A DNA stretch of 7,568 nucleotides from a virus. The translations under genes were made by a program, and so were the position numbers. Each line of letters opens with the position of its first letter. Position 1 is the first letter of the stretch. Below, piece after piece: positions 4,550 through 7,568 of the stretch. The DNA lies in IMG/VR virus record IMGVR_UViG_3300022559_000060, positions 1 through 7,568 of that record; one strand, written 5' to 3'. Below the pieces are notes generated by a model. It ran no database searches and was not told the origin of the DNA. It was given only the letters and a program-made list of their open reading frames with translations.

Positions 4550-5941
4550 ATGCGCAGACTTAGGCTGTATTTTTCGCTGTTGCTGCTGGTTGTTTTGGCA
4601 GGGGGGTATTCGGTGTCTACTTTTGCCGAAGACTATTACTGGACTACCAACTTTTCCGGCCAAATGCGGTTCTCTTCACCAGTTGAGGCCTGCACTTATT
4701 CAGGTCGCGCCTCCACACAAAATTGGTTTCCTGTTCGTAATACAGATATACAGTTCCGTTGCCATCGTACCTGTGCAAGTAACGAGGCATTTACTGGCTG
4801 CCCATCTAATTACGCCACCAATGTTCTCGTTTACCGGGGTGGCGATGGGTGCACCTCTCCCGCCGTGTACAACAATCAAACGGGCTTATGCGAAGCTCCT
4901 CAGCCCAGCCGCTGTGAATCCACCATCGGCCAGGTCGTCACGCACGAACACAAGTTGAAAGAAGCGGTTGGCCAGCCGCAGATCGAACCGCCTGGATCGG
5001 TCTGCGCCAATAGCTGCCAGTACGTCTTCGGCTTCACCGCGCCCAGCAACGTCTACGCCTACACCAGCGGTAATCCGCCTGGCGTGTTTGGCGTTTACAG
5101 CTATACCGGCAACGGCATCGAGTGCAACGAAGACACGCGCAAGGACCCGGGCAGTCCCGGTCAGCAGACTGATCCCGACGAAACCCCAACCCCTGATCCT
5201 GACAACAAATGCCCGGACGGCTACGTCTGGAACGGCACCTTCTGTAGCAAGGAACCGCCCCCGCCATGTGATCCCGAAGTCGAGGTTGGCGGTTGCGACG
5301 ACACCGGGAACCCCGATCCTGACAACCCTGGCGACGGTGACGGCGAAGGGGATGGTAACGGCGATGGAGACGGTGACGGTTCCGGCGAAGGAGATGGCAG
5401 TGGTGATGGCTCCGGTGATGGGTCTGGAGACGGCTCGGGCGAGGGCGAAGGCAGTGGTGACGGCGACGGATCGGGTGAAGACGATGGCGAAGCCGAATGC
5501 GACCCGGCCAAGGATCCAAACAAGTGCGGCAAGTCCAGCGTAGAAGGCGAAGCCTGTGACGCTGAGCTGAAGTGCACCGGCGATGCCGTGCAATGCGCGA
5601 TCCTCCGCCAGCAAAAGGCACTGCGCTGCCACGCCGAAGAACAGGCCGACTTTGAAAAGTACGAACCCGCCATTGAATCCGCGGTCCAGGGCGACGAGTT
5701 CCAGCTGGATGAAGGCTCCGGCGTCATCGACGTGCCTTCTTTCATCAACCAGGGCACCCGCTTTCTGCCGTCCGCCTGTCCTGCCGATGAGAGCTTCAGC
5801 CTGACCACGGCGGGCGGTGCCACTTTCCAGCTCAGCTACGAACCGCTTTGTCGCGCTGCCAGTGACCTGAGCGGCTTGTTTGTGGCCGTGGCTACCGTTC
5901 TTGCCGCCCTGTATGTAGGCGGCTCAGTAAGGGGTCAGTAA
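4550..5941 (+). CDS. Minor coat / adsorption protein (g3p-like, 463 aa from ATG 4550)
   Basis: It has a signal peptide MRRLRLYFSLLLLVVLAGGYSVSTFA, Cys-rich N-terminal domains, a Gly/Asp/Glu/Ser linker and a C-terminal TM anchor LFVAVATVLAALYVGG. It sits in the position of gene III. The track start at 4535 is a TTG; the ATG at 4550 gives a cleaner signal peptide. Confidence 0.75.
   Translation: MRRLRLYFSLLLLVVLAGGYSVSTFAEDYYWTTNFSGQMRFSSPVEACTYSGRASTQNWFPVRNTDIQFRCHRTCASNEAFTGCPSNYATNVLVYRGGDGCTSPAVYNNQTGLCEAPQPSRCESTIGQVVTHEHKLKEAVGQPQIEPPGSVCANSCQYVFGFTAPSNVYAYTSGNPPGVFGVYSYTGNGIECNEDTRKDPGSPGQQTDPDETPTPDPDNKCPDGYVWNGTFCSKEPPPPCDPEVEVGGCDDTGNPDPDNPGDGDGEGDGNGDGDGDGSGEGDGSGDGSGDGSGDGSGEGEGSGDGDGSGEDDGEAECDPAKDPNKCGKSSVEGEACDAELKCTGDAVQCAILRQQKALRCHAEEQADFEKYEPAIESAVQGDEFQLDEGSGVIDVPSFINQGTRFLPSACPADESFSLTTAGGATFQLSYEPLCRAASDLSGLFVAVATVLAALYVGGSVRGQ
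5330..5491 (+). repeat. Low-complexity (G-D/E/S/N)n linker-coding repeat within the g3p-like gene
   Basis: It encodes GDGDGEGDGNGDGDGDGSGEGDGSGDGSGDGSGDGSGEGEGSGDGDGSGEDDGE using varied synonymous codons, so the repeat is at protein level rather than an exact DNA tandem. Confidence 0.85.
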
Positions 5942-6324
5942 TGCAGTTTCTATTCATCGTGCAGATGCTCGTCATCATCCTCGGCCCGCTGGTAAAGATG
6001 GTGCTGAAAATGATCGGGTTCGGCTTCGTCTCTTATGTCGGCTTCAACCTCATCATCGGCCAGGCCCAGGACTACCTGTTCGGGCTGATTGGCGATTTAG
6101 GTCCGGTGATCCAGGGGATTCTCGGGCTTGCCAAGTTCGATGTGGTGGTGAACCTTTACTTCGCCGCTATCTCGACGCGCTTCGTCCTCGCCGGGATCGA
6201 CAAGGCCACCGACCGCAAACGCAATCAGGTCTGGCGCGCGCGGGCGGCACCTCCATCGAAGCCTAAGGAGGCGCCGTTATGCTCGTTATCCGTACCGGCA
6301 AGCCCGGCCATGGCAAGACCCTGA
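5941..6324 (+). CDS. g6p-like small membrane protein (127 aa)
   Basis: The start overlaps the upstream stop (TAATG). The N-terminal two thirds are hydrophobic (FLFIVQMLVIILGPLV, IGFGFVSYVGFNLIIG, VVVNLYFAAI). It lies between the g3p-like and Zot-like genes, as gene VI does in Ff. Its 3' end overlaps the next gene by 46 nt. Confidence 0.6.
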   Translation: MQFLFIVQMLVIILGPLVKMVLKMIGFGFVSYVGFNLIIGQAQDYLFGLIGDLGPVIQGILGLAKFDVVVNLYFAAISTRFVLAGIDKATDRKRNQVWRARAAPPSKPKEAPLCSLSVPASPAMARP

Positions 6325-7472
6325 ACACCATCCGCGAAGTGGACCAGAAGGCCCATGCCGAAGGCCGGGTGGTCTACTTCCACAACATCAACGGCCTCAA
6401 GCCCGATCTGCTGCAAGCGCAGTGGTTCGAGTTCGAAGATCCCGAGAAGTGGTTCGAGCTGCCAAACGATTCGATCATCGTCGTGGACGAAGCTCAGGGC
6501 TGGTTCGGCGCACGCGATCCACGAGCGCGCCCGCCCGAGCACATCACGCGTTTCGAGACCATGCGCCACCAAGGCCACGAGGTGCACCTCGTCACCCAGG
6601 ACCCGCGTTATCTCGATGTTCACCTGCGCCGGCTGTGCAACTCCCATATTCACTACTGGCGCGTGTTCAAGTCTGCCCAGCTGCTGCGCTTCGAGTCGGA
6701 AGTGGTGGTGGAAAAGGTCGAGCTGAAAACCAGCTTCAAGGACGCCGACAAGAAGTCGCTGCGCCTGGATAAGCGTTACTTCGGCGCCTACACCAGCAGC
6801 AACGCCAAGCACCACTTCCAGACCAAGGTGCCGACCAAGTTCATCCTGGCGTTGTGCGTGATCCTTGGTGCCGGCATTCTCGTTTATCGCGCCTATGAGC
6901 GCTACGCCGCCGAGAAAGTGCAGGCCGCAACAGCCACCAGCGCGCCGGCCGGGAGCATGGTCGATCAGGTACGGGATACGGTCGGGTCGTTTATCCGGCC
7001 AAGTGCTTCCGAAGACGGCCAATCGGCACCGCTCACCGTCGAGCAGTACCTGGGCAAGCGCGTGCCCAGGGTACAAGACCTGCCGGCATCCGCGCCGGTG
7101 TATGACGGCCTGACCGGCCCGCAAGCCTTCCCGAAACCGATCTGCATCGCCACCACCGACCGCGATCTGATCGCCCGCAACTACAAGCGCATGCAGGTCG
7201 GCGATAGCGATGAAGGGCTGACGGGGTGCCGATGCAACACCCAGCAGGGCACCCGCCTGGATGTGTCGTTTCGCTTCTGTATGTCGGTCGTGCAGAACGG
7301 CTACTTCGACGACACCAAGCCCGACCGCGGTTCGCCTCAGGACCAGCGAAATCAGCACGCCCAAAACGCCCCGCCACCGACGATGCCTCCCGCTCACGCT
7401 GCAGCTGTGCAACCGGCGGGAGGCCCGAACCTGACCGTCGTGCCGTACCAGAAGGGGCAATTCCTGTGGTGA
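6279..7472 (+). CDS. Zot / g1p-family phage assembly ATPase (397 aa)
   Basis: SD AAGGAGG at 6265-6271. The Walker A motif GKPGHGKT is at aa 7-14, with a Walker B-like IIVVDEAQ and a central TM segment FILALCVILGAGILVY. The domain order matches gene I/Zot proteins. Confidence 0.85.
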   Translation: MLVIRTGKPGHGKTLNTIREVDQKAHAEGRVVYFHNINGLKPDLLQAQWFEFEDPEKWFELPNDSIIVVDEAQGWFGARDPRARPPEHITRFETMRHQGHEVHLVTQDPRYLDVHLRRLCNSHIHYWRVFKSAQLLRFESEVVVEKVELKTSFKDADKKSLRLDKRYFGAYTSSNAKHHFQTKVPTKFILALCVILGAGILVYRAYERYAAEKVQAATATSAPAGSMVDQVRDTVGSFIRPSASEDGQSAPLTVEQYLGKRVPRVQDLPASAPVYDGLTGPQAFPKPICIATTDRDLIARNYKRMQVGDSDEGLTGCRCNTQQGTRLDVSFRFCMSVVQNGYFDDTKPDRGSPQDQRNQHAQNAPPPTMPPAHAAAVQPAGGPNLTVVPYQKGQFLW

Positions 7473-7478
7473 TGAGCG

Positions 7479-7540
7479 GGTTTGCACGCCGGGCGAGGTA
7501 CGAGCCGGCGCGCAAACCGTCTTTCTGTCCTCTTTTCTGC
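7479..7540 (+). terminator. Rho-independent terminator at the end of the structural operon
   Basis: Stem GGTTTGCaCGCCGG (7479-7492) / CCGGCGcGCAAACC (7505-7518) with one A/C mismatch and a 12-nt loop, followed by the T-rich GTCTTTCTGTCCTCTTTTCTG. A partial copy lies at 1-48. Confidence 0.7.
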
Positions 7541-7568
7541 ATTTATACTTAGTGCGCTTCGCATAATG
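7492..7568. repeat. Right copy of the 77-bp terminal direct repeat
   Basis: Identical to 1-77. The repeat starts inside the stem of the terminator hairpin after the Zot-like gene, which argues for circular-contig overlap rather than a biological att or LTR. Confidence 0.95.

Larger units (their letters stand above)
1..7491 (+). mobile_element. Complete circular filamentous phage (inovirus) genome unit, about 7,491 bp
   Basis: The gene order Rep, small ORFs, SSB-like, small TM ORFs, major coat, g3p-like, g6p-like, Zot/g1p all lies on one strand. The 77-bp terminal redundancy closes the circle. The size is typical of Pf1/Ff-class phages. Confidence 0.85.

Noticed and set aside
4419-4958. 179-aa + strand ORF spanning the coat terminator and the start of the g3p-like gene
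   Set aside because: It reads straight through a strong intrinsic terminator. It is out of frame with the well-supported g3p-like gene and has Cys/Arg/Pro-rich nonsense-like composition.
5330-5491. The repetitive GDG/GSG-coding DNA as a CRISPR array or satellite
   Set aside because: It has no repeat-spacer structure. The periodicity is at codon level, inside an intact reading frame with a g3p-like domain layout.
6279-6324. The 46-nt overlap between the g6p-like ORF and the Zot-like gene as a sign of a frameshift or mis-called stop
   Set aside because: Both frames are open and the Zot-like start has an excellent SD. Gene overlaps are common in compact inovirus genomes, and there is no evidence for an error.
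6225-7487. 420-aa - strand ORF antisense to the Zot-like gene; similar long antisense or off-frame ORFs at 1997-2599, 2810-3402, 4886-5632, 5034-5621, 5221-5823 and 7033-7542
   Set aside because: These are shadow ORFs typical of GC-rich coding DNA. They are Arg/Ala/Gly/Pro-rich low-information sequences with no SD. They fully overlap + strand genes that have recognisable motifs (Walker A, signal peptides, coat architecture).

Overview
The window is one complete, circularly permuted genome of a small filamentous ssDNA phage (inovirus, Ff/Pf-like gene order). Bases 1-77 are identical to 7492-7568, so the unit length is 7,491 bp. A + strand operon (2003-7472) encodes: a gene II-type rolling-circle Rep, a small Cys-rich protein, a putative ssDNA-binding protein, a second small Cys-rich ORF, a small C-terminal-TM protein, a textbook major coat precursor followed by a strong terminator, a 23-aa hydrophobic micro-ORF, a g3p-like adsorption protein with a Gly/Asp/Ser linker, a g6p-like membrane protein, and a Zot/g1p assembly ATPase followed by a terminator. 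I see no secretin (gIV) and no integrase. The left arm (1-2002) is the accessory and regulatory part and the most interesting. It holds a dif-like XerC/D site, two distantly paralogous ribbon-helix-helix (RHH) + coiled-coil proteins, and a cluster of four GGTAC(C) motifs around a promoter. It also holds an orphan 75-aa protein, a low-GC acidic 65-aa moron on the opposite strand with its own SD and terminator, a roughly 280-nt hairpin-dense non-coding block, and a third RHH protein divergent from rep across a 45-bp GTTAC palindrome. Functions of the left-arm proteins are inferred from sequence patterns only; no searches could be run.
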